Assembly (NCBI GenBank): GCA_016709445.1
Contig: JADJMV010000008.1
Span: 17,776 to 41,775 of the forward strand
DNA length: 24,000 nucleotides
From: Phycisphaerales bacterium
GTDB taxonomy: Bacteria > Planctomycetota > Phycisphaerae > Phycisphaerales > UBA1924
Direction: 5' to 3'
Below, in pieces: positions 8,801 to 19,732 of this stretch; the stretch's first letter is position 1; the number at the start of each line of letters is the position of its first letter. The notes under the pieces were generated by a model. The model worked only from the letters and a program-made list of their open reading frames with translations, had not been told where the DNA came from and searched no databases. The translations under genes were made by a program, and so were the position numbers.

Positions 8801-10238
8801 CGGCGCTGAGCAACTGGGCCGGGGACTGGTTGCCGTCCGGGCCGGTGACGACGACGCCCAGGGGGGCGGCGCCGGTGAAGGGGACCTCGGCCTCGACCAC
8901 ATCGCTGCGGTCCCACGCGAGGGGGTTGAACACCACAACAGGGACGCCCTCGCCGGTGGTATCCATCGAGGAGATGACCGAGCGGGCGGCGTCGGTCAGC
9001 ATCGCGCCGAACTGGTTGGCGGCGATGATCTCGTCGTTCCAGGAGAGGTCGTAGGCGAGGGGCACGCTGGTGCCGGGGAGGATGTCGTGCATCTGCGAGC
9101 CCAGGACCAGCTCCCAGGCCCGCTCGAGTCGCGCGGCGGGGTAGTGGCCGGCGCCGAGCCACCAGGCGGCGGTCGAGGCCTTCTCGGCGGCGTCGGCGAG
9201 CAGCTCGTTCTTGCGGTTCCAGCGCTTCATGTAGGCCTCGGAGGAGACCGAGCCTGCGGAGTGCTGGGTGAGCTCGAGTTCGCCCTTGTAGGTGGGGAGC
9301 TTGGAGCGCTCCTCGTCGCTGATGGCGTTGTACATCGCGTCGGCGGTGCTGGAGATGACGTGGATCTTGGCGTTCGGGTCGCTGCCGTTCTCCAGGCTCT
9401 TCTCGACCATGGCGACCGAGGGCTCCTTGGGGGCGCCGCCGGTATCGCCCGTGCCGTAGTAGTGGTAGTCGACGTAGACGCCGGACTGCTTGCCGTTGTT
9501 CTCGATGCGCTGGAACCAGGAGTCGGACTTGGAGAGGTCCTCGCGGACCTCGCCGACATAGGAGCCGGGATCGAGCGCGGCGATGACCGACTTGCCATCG
9601 GGCCCCTGCCACACGCCGACCTTGAAGGGGATCGGGACCACGGCGTTCCAGGTGAGCTTCTGGGTGGAGAAGCCCTTGATGCCGCAGTGCGCGAGCACGC
9701 TGGGGAGACTTGCGGGGAACCCGAAGCAGTCGGGGAGCATGAACTCGTCGCTCGCGACGCCGAACTCGCGCCGGAAGTATCGGTTGCCGTAGAGGGCGTG
9801 ACGGATCTGGGATTCGGCGGAGGGGACGTTGGCGTCGTTCTCGTCGACGCTCGATCCGCACGGGAACCACCGACCGGCCTTCACGTAGTCCTTGAGCTTC
9901 GCGTAGTCGTCGGGGTAGTACTCCTCCATCATGCCGTAGCGGCGCGAGCCACCGAAGTTGAACACGTAGCCCGGGTACTTGTCGAAGAGGGCGAAGTTGC
10001 GGACGAGCGTGGCGGGGATGAAGTCGCGGATCGTGTCGAGGTAGGTCCATCGCCACTGCGTGTCGAGGTGGGCGTAGCCGACGACATAGAGCGTCGGGCG
10101 CGTGAGGTCGACCGAGTCGGGACCGCCGGAGGCGGGAGGGGTCGCGACGGGGCCGGCACCTTCAACAATCCCGGCCAAAGCCCCAGTGGCGAGAACGGAA
10201 ACCGCGAATCCAGCCGCCATCCTCAGTGCGCTCGTCAT
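5841..10238 (-). CDS. Exported multi-domain glycoside hydrolase family 38 (alpha-mannosidase family) enzyme with C-terminal CHB_HEX_C-like, Ig-like and LamG/ConA-like modules
   Basis: 1465-aa ORF with an N-terminal hydrophobic signal or anchor (MTSALRMAAGFAVSVLATGALAG). GH38 N-domain motifs are present: YVVGYAHLDTQWRW (metal-site His/Asp context) and FMLPDCFGF (nucleophile Asp context). There is also a middle-domain-like segment, YKGELELTQHSAGSVSSEAYMKRWNRK. The C-terminal extras are FHYTTDGANPTAGSPVYSGPITLSDTATVKVAA (chitobiase/hexosaminidase C-terminal-like), an Ig-like segment, and a LamG-like end (...FEGQLAGLTIWNTAL). GGAG lies upstream of ATG 10238. Confidence 0.93.
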   Translation of the reverse strand: MTSALRMAAGFAVSVLATGALAGIVEGAGPVATPPASGGPDSVDLTRPTLYVVGYAHLDTQWRWTYLDTIRDFIPATLVRNFALFDKYPGYVFNFGGSRRYGMMEEYYPDDYAKLKDYVKAGRWFPCGSSVDENDANVPSAESQIRHALYGNRYFRREFGVASDEFMLPDCFGFPASLPSVLAHCGIKGFSTQKLTWNAVVPIPFKVGVWQGPDGKSVIAALDPGSYVGEVREDLSKSDSWFQRIENNGKQSGVYVDYHYYGTGDTGGAPKEPSVAMVEKSLENGSDPNAKIHVISSTADAMYNAISDEERSKLPTYKGELELTQHSAGSVSSEAYMKRWNRKNELLADAAEKASTAAWWLGAGHYPAARLERAWELVLGSQMHDILPGTSVPLAYDLSWNDEIIAANQFGAMLTDAARSVISSMDTTGEGVPVVVFNPLAWDRSDVVEAEVPFTGAAPLGVVVTGPDGNQSPAQLLSAADGVARVGFIAHAPSVGFAAYSVQLQAAAKSAQLSALKVDADGRRLENEHYVVKFDDHGDVASILDKDANQELLAAPARIGLYYENPSQWPAWNQDWSDRVKPATSFVGADGPVSFKVIENGPARVAVEVTRSAEGSTFTQRVRLAAGGDRVEFDTIVDWQTRERSVRAEFPLTASNPTATYDLQAGAIERGNGHEQQYEYGFHQWFDLTDTSGKFGASVMCDSKYGCDKPTDNTVRLTMLYTPGVRGGYPDQSSQDIGRHHITYAVQGHAGDWRQERSFEQAARLNQPLVPFRAAAAHQGALGKSFSLVRVSDPRVSVQAVKKAEDSDEVIVRLREQSGKPVRGLKVAVGDGIVAAREVDGQERPLGKAAVSGGELATDIGGFELKAFAVQVGEASSEQRVAADKSSPVRLDFDSDVISTNKDRTNGAMTSGNASYPAEQTPATLEIDGVTFKLGSGAADGQNNALSARGQQIKLPSGSFNRVYLLAASSDGDVTADFNVGGSATPVTVQDWGGFVGQWDHREWPGDVYDPRYPWGTTDIIGLTPGYTKPEEIGWYVSHHHAPTKGGKGEDVIYRYCYMFKVGIDLPAGATSIGLPNDPRVKIFAMTAVDEADAATTPAAPLFDTLKGHKQGPPSVAVVDAPERNGEAFANAVSVAVEPGLYWHEGSFHYTTDGANPTAGSPVYSGPITLSDTATVKVAAQNPDGSLGPVASRTINVNDRTPPTVLGVVGMYETPRITVQFSEPVAGIAAGDIRLEPSIAIKGVEPSADHRSATVQLAESPKVGQQYSVRVSNIKDASPAGNTLKQAAVPFTVPGPVFSLDTIGPDQFGKSITDVQGLPVKAGDSWTINFFAKMDKQPVNHTPLIGFGACELTTPGQGRYLCKFAEGVHFWAHNQDAQGAEQYDLGRWQMITATFDGANVKLYKDGKPIGQGAVRLADDKNVVNIAPLDPWDKRYRFEGQLAGLTIWNTALPEPAVKALTASGPR

Positions 10239-10430
10239 GGGATCTGCTCCATTCCCGGGCCGGCCGAATCACGGTCCGTCCATCGGTGCTCATGCTGCTG
10301 ATGTGTGTCCGATTGCGTCCCGATCGTACCCAAGCTCGGTGGTCCTCGAAGGGCCTCGGGCCCAACTTCCGGGCAGATCCGCTCCCCCGGAGCGACCCGC
10401 GGCCGGGTGCTCGGCGAGATCCGGGGAGGG

Positions 10431-10483
10431 CTCCGCCGCGGAGTCATCGGACTTGCGCCCAGGCCTAGACTCTCCGCCGCGGA
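10431..10483. promoter_or_regulatory. Two identical 12-bp palindrome-containing elements (CTCCGCCGCGGA) spaced 41 bp start to start, upstream of the PTS operon; candidate operator pair
   Basis: Copies lie at 10431-10442 and 10472-10483. The first is a perfect 13-nt palindrome, CTCCGC-C-GCGGAG. The second contains the 11-nt palindrome TCCGC-C-GCGGA. They sit 58-110 bp upstream of the EIIC ATG, in the GH38/PTS divergent region. Confidence 0.35.
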
Positions 10484-10540
10484 CAAGGTTCCCTTATGCT
10501 CCGCACAGTTTCACCCACTATCCCCCCGGCTGGAACCACG

Positions 10541-11674
10541 ATGGAAGCACTCAAGAAGCTGCGGCAGCACCTGCTCACGGGCGTCTCGTTCGCCATCCCG
10601 TTCATTGCGTGCGGGGGGATCCTGATCGCCCTCTCGCTCGCCTTCGCGCCTGTCGGGCCGGGTGGGCCCGACGTCTCGAAGATCGAGAACTCCACGCTCC
10701 GACAGGTTCTGAGCCTGACGCTGCAGGTGGGTGTGACCTCCTTCAACCTGATGCTCCCGATCCTCGCCGGGTACATCGCGTATTCCATCGCGGGTAAGCC
10801 GGGTCTCGTGCCGGGGATGATCGGCGGGCTGCTCTCCGGCCACGTCGCCGAGATCAGCAGGCCGGTGGATGTGACGGCGATCGACGGCACGGTCGTGCAG
10901 GTCATGCAGGCGCAGGCGGTCAGCGCGGGGTTTCTCGGGGCTCTGGTTGCCGGGCTCCTCGCCGGCTACCTCGTGTACTGGATCAAGAAGGTCCCGACGC
11001 ACAAGCTCGTCAAGCCCATCATGCCGATCCTGATCGTCCCGGCCGTGAGTTCGGTGATCATCGGCGTCATCATGCTCAAGGTGGTCGGCCCGCCCATCGC
11101 CGGGGCGTTGACCGACCTGGGCCACTGGCTCGAGGCCATGCAGCAGGGGAGCAAGGTCCTGCTCGCCATGATCCTGGGGGCCATGATTGCCTTCGACATG
11201 GGCGGCCCGGTGAACAAGGCGGCGTTCTTCTTCGCGGCGGGGCTGATCGCCAACGAGAACCCCAACTACCAGATCATGGGCGCCGTCGCGGCGGCCATCT
11301 GCACACCGCCGCTGGGCATGGGGCTGGCGACCTTCCTCGCCCGGAAGCTGTGGCGTGAGGAAGAGCGCGAGTCGGGGCTGGCGGCGTTCGGCATGGGGAT
11401 GATCGGCATCACCGAGGGGGCGATCCCGTTCGCCGCGGCGGACCCGCTGCGCGTCATTCCCTGTATCGTCCTGGGGTCCATGACGGCCAGCACCGTCGCG
11501 ATGCTGTCGGGTGTGGGCGACCACGCGCCGCACGGTGGGCCGATCGTGATGTTCGTGGTGGACAACAAGCTGATGTATCTCGTCGCCATCGCGATCGGCA
11601 CCGTCGTGACCGCCTTGGCGATCAATACCCTCAAGAAGCTCACCAAGCCGGCCGCGGGGGCGGCTGCGGCCTGA
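10541..11674 (+). CDS. PTS fructose-family EIIC permease component
   Basis: Polytopic membrane protein. GMGMIGITEGAIPFAAADPLRVIPC and FDMGGPVNKAAFFF are typical of fructose-type EIIC. I set the start at ATG 10541 (MEALKKLRQHLLTGVSFAIPF) instead of the track start at 10496. Confidence 0.9.
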   Translation: MEALKKLRQHLLTGVSFAIPFIACGGILIALSLAFAPVGPGGPDVSKIENSTLRQVLSLTLQVGVTSFNLMLPILAGYIAYSIAGKPGLVPGMIGGLLSGHVAEISRPVDVTAIDGTVVQVMQAQAVSAGFLGALVAGLLAGYLVYWIKKVPTHKLVKPIMPILIVPAVSSVIIGVIMLKVVGPPIAGALTDLGHWLEAMQQGSKVLLAMILGAMIAFDMGGPVNKAAFFFAAGLIANENPNYQIMGAVAAAICTPPLGMGLATFLARKLWREEERESGLAAFGMGMIGITEGAIPFAAADPLRVIPCIVLGSMTASTVAMLSGVGDHAPHGGPIVMFVVDNKLMYLVAIAIGTVVTALAINTLKKLTKPAAGAAAA

Positions 11675-11708
11675 GCCTCAGCGCGGCGTCGGCCGCAGGA
11701 TGGATCGC

Positions 11709-12008
11709 ATGAAGATCGTCGCAGTGACCGCGTGCCCCACCGGCATCGCCCACACCTACATGGCCGCGGAGCAGATCGAGAAGACCGCGAAGGCGGCGGG
11801 GCACCAGATCCGGGTCGAGACGCAGGGCTCGATGGGGATTGAGAACGAGCTGACTTCCAGGGACATCGCGGAGGCCGACGTGGCGATCTTCGCGGTGGAC
11901 ATCGAGGTCGAGAAGAAGGAACGGTTCGAGGGCAAGAAGACCGTGTTGGTCTCTGTTTCTGAGGCGATCAAGAACCCCAAGGGCGTCCTCGCCAAGGCCG
12001 GCGCCTGA
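11709..12008 (+). CDS. PTS fructose-family EIIB component
   Basis: MKIVAVTACPTGIAHTYMAAE carries the phospho-cysteine motif of fructose-type EIIB. AGGA lies about 9 nt upstream of ATG 11709, though the track start at 11700 (MDRMK...) is also possible. The gene begins 34 nt after EIIC. Confidence 0.9.
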   Translation: MKIVAVTACPTGIAHTYMAAEQIEKTAKAAGHQIRVETQGSMGIENELTSRDIAEADVAIFAVDIEVEKKERFEGKKTVLVSVSEAIKNPKGVLAKAGA

Positions 12009-12028
12009 GCGAGAGAGGGCCCGGGCTC

Positions 12029-14662
12029 ATGCAGGCTGACTACAGCTTTGTTTGCAACCTCGCGCACGGCCTGCACGGTCGGCCCGCGAGCATTCTGGCT
12101 GCCAAGGCGGGCGAGTTTTCTTCGAGCATCCTGCTTCGTCGGCAGGTCGAGAATCCGCCGGCGCCCGCGGACGTCCGGAGTGTGCTCTCGATCATCGGGC
12201 TGGACATCCACCTCGGCGAGACGTGCCGGCTGACGGCGGAGGGGACGGACGCCGCGGAGGCGATCGCCGCCCTGAGGGACCTGATCGAGCACCGGCTGGA
12301 GCAGATCGAGGCGGAGGCGGAGGCCTCCGGGCCTCGCCCGGATGCGGACGTGAGGCTTCCGGTGATCCTGAAGCGTCTGGGCGTCGCGTATGCCGGCGGC
12401 CGGGCTGTCTGTGCGGGCGCCGGGATGGGTCGGGTGGTCATCGTGGGAGGCCTCACCCTGCCGGCCGACGCCGCGGCGGCAACGCCGGCCGACGCCGGGG
12501 AGGAACTCCGGGCGGCACGGCGGGCGGTCGACGCGGTTCGCGCCGATCTGACGGAGCGTTCGCGGGGCGCGGGGGACGCGACGGAGCGGGCCCTGCTGGC
12601 GGCGCACGCCGAGATCGCCAACGACCCTGCGCTCTGGGACGCCTTGACGGCTGCGATCCGGGGCAACGCGACGGCGCCCCAGGCGGTGCTCGCTGCGGCC
12701 GAGCAGCTCGCGGCCACGCTGCGGGGGGCGGCGACGGCGTATGTGCGTGAGCGGGCGTTGGACGTCCAGGATATCGCGATGCAGCTTCTCGACCGGCTCC
12801 TGCCGGAGAGTTCGAACGCGACGCAGGTCGATCTCGCGGCCGAGAGTGTGGTGTTCGCCGAGGCGCTCACGGCCAATCAGTTGCTCCGCATGGATCGGTC
12901 GCTGGTCAAGGGGCTGGTGCTCGGCGCTGTCGGGCCCACCTCGCACACCGTGATTCTCGCTCGGAACTTCGGCATCCCGTGCATCATCGACGTGGTCGAT
13001 GTGGCGGTCCGGGCGAGGGCTGGCGACACCGCGGTGGTCGACGGCGACGGTGGATTCATGATCTCGCCGGTGCCGCCCGAGGTTGCTCGCTTCTACGAGC
13101 GGGAGCGTGCGGCGCAGGACCGGAGGCTGGCACGGCTCGTCCCGCTCGCGTGCCGGCCCGCCGTGACGACCGATGGGCGCGGGCTCGAGGTCGCCACGAA
13201 TGCGGCCGATGCGGCGGAGATCGGCCATGCCGTCGCCATGGGCGCCGATGGCGTGGGGCTCTTCCGCACGGAATTCCTGTTTCTGGACCGCGAGTCGGCG
13301 CCGGACGAGGGGGAGCAGTTCGACATCTATGCCGCGGCGGTGCAAGCTGCTGCGGGGCGGCCGATCATCTTCAGGACGTTTGATATCGGTGGGGACAAGC
13401 CCGCGCCCTACATGCGCATCCCGGGGGAGGAGAATCCGTTCCTCGGTTGTCGGGGGCTGCGGCTGTACAGGCCCCATCTGGGGCTGCTGCGGACGCAGCT
13501 CCGGGCGCTGATCCGCGCGGCCGGGAGGGCGCCGTCGGGCACGGTGAAGATCATGGCCCCGATGGTCGCCGAACCCGGGGAGGCGGCGTGGTTCCGCGGA
13601 GAGGTCGAGACGGTTTGCGCCGAGCTTGGGTCGGCCGGGGCGGCCGGTGGGGAGATCCCGATCGGGATCATGGTGGAGGTGCCATCGGTTGCGCTCTCGA
13701 TCGATCTGTTCGCGCCGCACGTGGATTTCCTGAGTATCGGTACGAACGACCTCTGCCAGTACTGGATGGCCGCGGACCGGGGCAACGCGGGGGTGGCCAC
13801 GCTGTGCGACCCCCACCATCCTTCGTTTCTTCGCGTGCTCCGCCTGATCGTGGGCGAGGCGCGCCGGCACGGGAAGTGGATTGGGGTCTGCGGCGAGATG
13901 GGCGGCCGGCTCCGGGATCTGCCGCTGATGATCGGCCTGGGAGTCGACGAGATCAGCGGCTCGGCCCGGCAGGTGGCGTCGCTGAAGCTGGGCGTGGCGG
14001 CGGCGGATTCGGCGCGGTGCCGGGCGCTGCTCGATGCGGCGTGCGACTCGACCGGCCCGGAAGGGGTGGAAGCGCTGCTGGATGGGCACGTGTGGCGCGG
14101 GGACGACGCCCGCGCCCAGCCGGTGATCGACCCGGGGTGCATCCTCGTCGGGGCCGATGCCTCGAGCAAGGAGGAGGCGATCCGGCAGGCGGTCGATCTG
14201 CTCTGGATCGCGGGGCGCACCGACGCGCCTCGCCCGGTCGAGGAAGCGGTGTGGGCCCGGGAGGAGACGTATTCCACTGGGCTCGGCCACGGCTTCGCCG
14301 TCCCGCACTGCAAGTGCGACGCGGTGTCGGCCCCGACGCTGGCGGTCCTGAAGCTGGAACAGCCGATCGAATGGGGCTCGATGGATGACAAGCCTGTGAC
14401 GACGGTGCTGCTCCTGGCGGTGCCGGCGAGCGAGTCGGGCGGGGGCGGGGCGGCGGCGCACATGAAGATCTTTGCGACGCTTGCCCGCCGGCTGATGCAC
14501 GAGGAGTTCCGCGATGCGCTGGATTCGCTCCGGGACCCCGGGCGCGATCGAGGCCTTTCTGGGCCAGCAGCTCGGGATTCACTGAGCGGGGAGCCGCCGG
14601 GCTCGCTCCGGGCGGGTTCTCACTCCGCCTTGTCGGTGAACGAGGCAAGCGTCCGCATGTAG
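12029..14662 (+). CDS. Multiphosphoryl transfer protein: fused HPr, Enzyme I (PEP-protein phosphotransferase) and fructose/mannitol-type EIIA; the C-terminal 14 codons appear displaced by a 1-nt insertion, with a probable true stop at 14583-14585
   Basis: HPr domain with NLAHGLHGRPAS (active His). EI motifs are GPTSHTVILARNFGIPCI (active His), LFRTEFLF, NPFLGCRGLR, SIGTNDLCQYWMAADRGN and GVCGEMGG. The EIIA_2 motif is TGLGHGFAVPHCK. Skipping one base in the CCCCGGG tract at 14536-14542 gives ...RDPGAIEAFLGQQLGIH-stop. That reads as a natural end and removes the 43-nt overlap with the convergent gene. Confidence 0.9.
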   Translation: MQADYSFVCNLAHGLHGRPASILAAKAGEFSSSILLRRQVENPPAPADVRSVLSIIGLDIHLGETCRLTAEGTDAAEAIAALRDLIEHRLEQIEAEAEASGPRPDADVRLPVILKRLGVAYAGGRAVCAGAGMGRVVIVGGLTLPADAAAATPADAGEELRAARRAVDAVRADLTERSRGAGDATERALLAAHAEIANDPALWDALTAAIRGNATAPQAVLAAAEQLAATLRGAATAYVRERALDVQDIAMQLLDRLLPESSNATQVDLAAESVVFAEALTANQLLRMDRSLVKGLVLGAVGPTSHTVILARNFGIPCIIDVVDVAVRARAGDTAVVDGDGGFMISPVPPEVARFYERERAAQDRRLARLVPLACRPAVTTDGRGLEVATNAADAAEIGHAVAMGADGVGLFRTEFLFLDRESAPDEGEQFDIYAAAVQAAAGRPIIFRTFDIGGDKPAPYMRIPGEENPFLGCRGLRLYRPHLGLLRTQLRALIRAAGRAPSGTVKIMAPMVAEPGEAAWFRGEVETVCAELGSAGAAGGEIPIGIMVEVPSVALSIDLFAPHVDFLSIGTNDLCQYWMAADRGNAGVATLCDPHHPSFLRVLRLIVGEARRHGKWIGVCGEMGGRLRDLPLMIGLGVDEISGSARQVASLKLGVAAADSARCRALLDAACDSTGPEGVEALLDGHVWRGDDARAQPVIDPGCILVGADASSKEEAIRQAVDLLWIAGRTDAPRPVEEAVWAREETYSTGLGHGFAVPHCKCDAVSAPTLAVLKLEQPIEWGSMDDKPVTTVLLLAVPASESGGGGAAAHMKIFATLARRLMHEEFRDALDSLRDPGRDRGLSGPAARDSLSGEPPGSLRAGSHSALSVNEASVRM

Positions 14663-15622
14663 TTCACCCTTTCGAACGCTCCCGGATCGGGCGAGTGTTC
14701 CTGGCTCATGCTGCCCTTCAGCTGTTCCACGGATTCGTAGTCGTGCTCCTCGAGCCAGGCCCGGAGACCGGTGAGCAGGGTGTGGACGTGCGAGGGTCCG
14801 TGGCGGAGCAGGCTTGAGGCGAGCATGACCGCGTCGGCGCCGACGAGCAGCATCTTGAGGACATCCTCGATCGAATGGACTCCGGTGCCCGCGCCGAGCG
14901 ACATGCCGACCTGCCCACGCAGGACGGCGATCCACATCATGGCGAGGCGCATCTCGTGGGGGCTGCTCAGGACGAGATTCGGCAGGATCGCGAGCTCCTC
15001 GAGATCGATATCGGGGTGGACGAACCGGTTGAATAGCACCAGCCCGTCGGCGCCCGCACGCTGCAGCCTCGACGCGAGCGAGGCGAACGCGGTGAAGAAG
15101 GGACCGACCTTGACGGCCAGGGGATGTCGATCGCGGCGGCGACCTCTCCCACCAGATCGACGTACCTCTGTTCGATATCGCTCGACACGAGCCTCGGATC
15201 GGTGGGCACGAAATACACATTCAACTCGATCGCGTCGGCTCCCGCGTCTTCCATCCGCTTGGCGAAACGCACCCAGCCGCCGGTGGTCATGCCGTTCAGG
15301 CTCGCGATCACGGGGATCTCGACTGCCCGCCGAGCTTCCTCGATGCGGCGGAGATAACTCTCGGGGCCGGTGCCGGGCGGGCGGAAGCCGGGCGTGTAGT
15401 CGGATGCCTCCGCGAAGGAATCGGAGCCTCGTTCGAAGAGCCGGGCCAGTTCCATCTCGTCGTGCTCGACCTGCTCCTCGAAGAGGGAGGGCAGCACAAC
15501 CGCCCCGGCGCCGGCGTCGGCGACCCGCCGCAGCGAGTCGATCCTGCCGGTGACGGGCGAGGCGCCCGCGACGAGGGGGCTCCGCAGCATGAGGCCGAGG
15601 TAGGGCGTTCGAAGATCTACGC

Positions 15623-15626
<4 letters not shown>
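14620..15626 (-). pseudogene. Dihydroorotate dehydrogenase-like (PyrD-like TIM-barrel flavoprotein family) gene, split by a 1-nt deletion in a G4/C4 run at 15120-15123 (true frameshift or assembly indel)
   Basis: The N-terminal part is track ORF 14967-15626 (MSVDLRTPYLGLMLRSPLVAGASP...VAAAIDIP, then nonsense). The C-terminal 166 aa (LAVKVGPFFTAFASLASRLQRAGADGLVLFNRF...GAGTGVHSIEDVLKMLLVGADAVMLAS...) are the tail of track ORF 14620-16278, in another frame. Adding one C (ATC CCC CTG) joins them into a protein of about 335 aa. The ATG at 15626 overlaps the nifJ TGA as ATGA. Confidence 0.82.
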
Positions 15627-19254
<3,628 letters not shown>

Positions 19255-19732
19255 TCAAGCCTGCGGATCGGGCGAACTCCAATTCTCCTGGATCGGCTGG
19301 TCGCTCTGGTCCGGCGCTCGAGATTGGGCATTTTGAACTCCGGACACCGAGACCGGCGCCGCCAGAGGTTCCAGGAGCGCGGTCATTCCCCGCCCTTCTC
19401 CCATGGCGGCTCGCAGGGCAGCGCTCCCTGCCGCCGCGGAGCCAGTGAAAGCCCGCGCATGCGCACGCCTGCAACCGAGGCGCCGAGGATCGGGGCGGCG
19501 GCGGCGGGGCCCGATCCACCGGGCCTGCGGAGGATCTTTCCGTCGCGGGCCGTGCCCAAGGGAGGAGCACCGCGCCGGGCGGGCGAACCGACCCAGCGTC
19601 GCCCGGCCCGCATTCGAGCGTGCACGCTCGCCCGCGGCGGAGTTTGGCGAGGCCTCAACAGATTTCGGTCGGCGAGCGGCTCCAGCTCCATCGCGACGCA
19701 CCCGCCCGGGACGATGCGGTAGGATCGGGCCC

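Noticed and set aside
7648-10056. 802-aa minus-strand ORF in an alternate frame of the GH38 gene
   Set aside because: The translation is extremely Arg/Pro-rich and results from the lack of stop codons in GC-rich off-frames. It overlaps the real frame entirely.
7236-10301. 1021-aa plus-strand ORF covering most of the GH38 locus
   Set aside because: It is antisense to a gene with strong family motifs. Its composition is monotonous G/A/V/D/L/E/R, typical of the reverse frame of a GC-rich gene. It has no recognisable motif, start context or domain.
11756-14500. 914-aa minus-strand ORF antisense to the EIIB and HPr-EI-EIIA genes
   Set aside because: It is R/P/H-rich nonsense with no motifs, and the sense strand carries unambiguous PTS active-site motifs.
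19400-19460. Possible cobalamin riboswitch, because GCCAGTG resembles the B12 box GCCACTG
   Set aside because: There is one mismatch in the box, and none of the other conserved riboswitch elements (GGGAA…GGTG…AA.TCC core) are present. The nearest downstream plus-strand gene is about 300 nt away and is a peptidase.
19421-19642. Additional partial copies (CCGCCGCGGAG at about 19421-19431 and CCGCGGCGGAG at about 19632-19642) of the PTS-upstream palindrome motif
   Set aside because: Each matches only one half-site and neither is palindromic. All-G/C 11-mers of this kind are expected by chance at this composition.
19403-19732. 110-codon N-terminal extension of the M28 peptidase ORF
   Set aside because: It is an R/P/G/A-rich sequence upstream of a clean Met plus signal peptide at 19733, so I treat it as intergenic.
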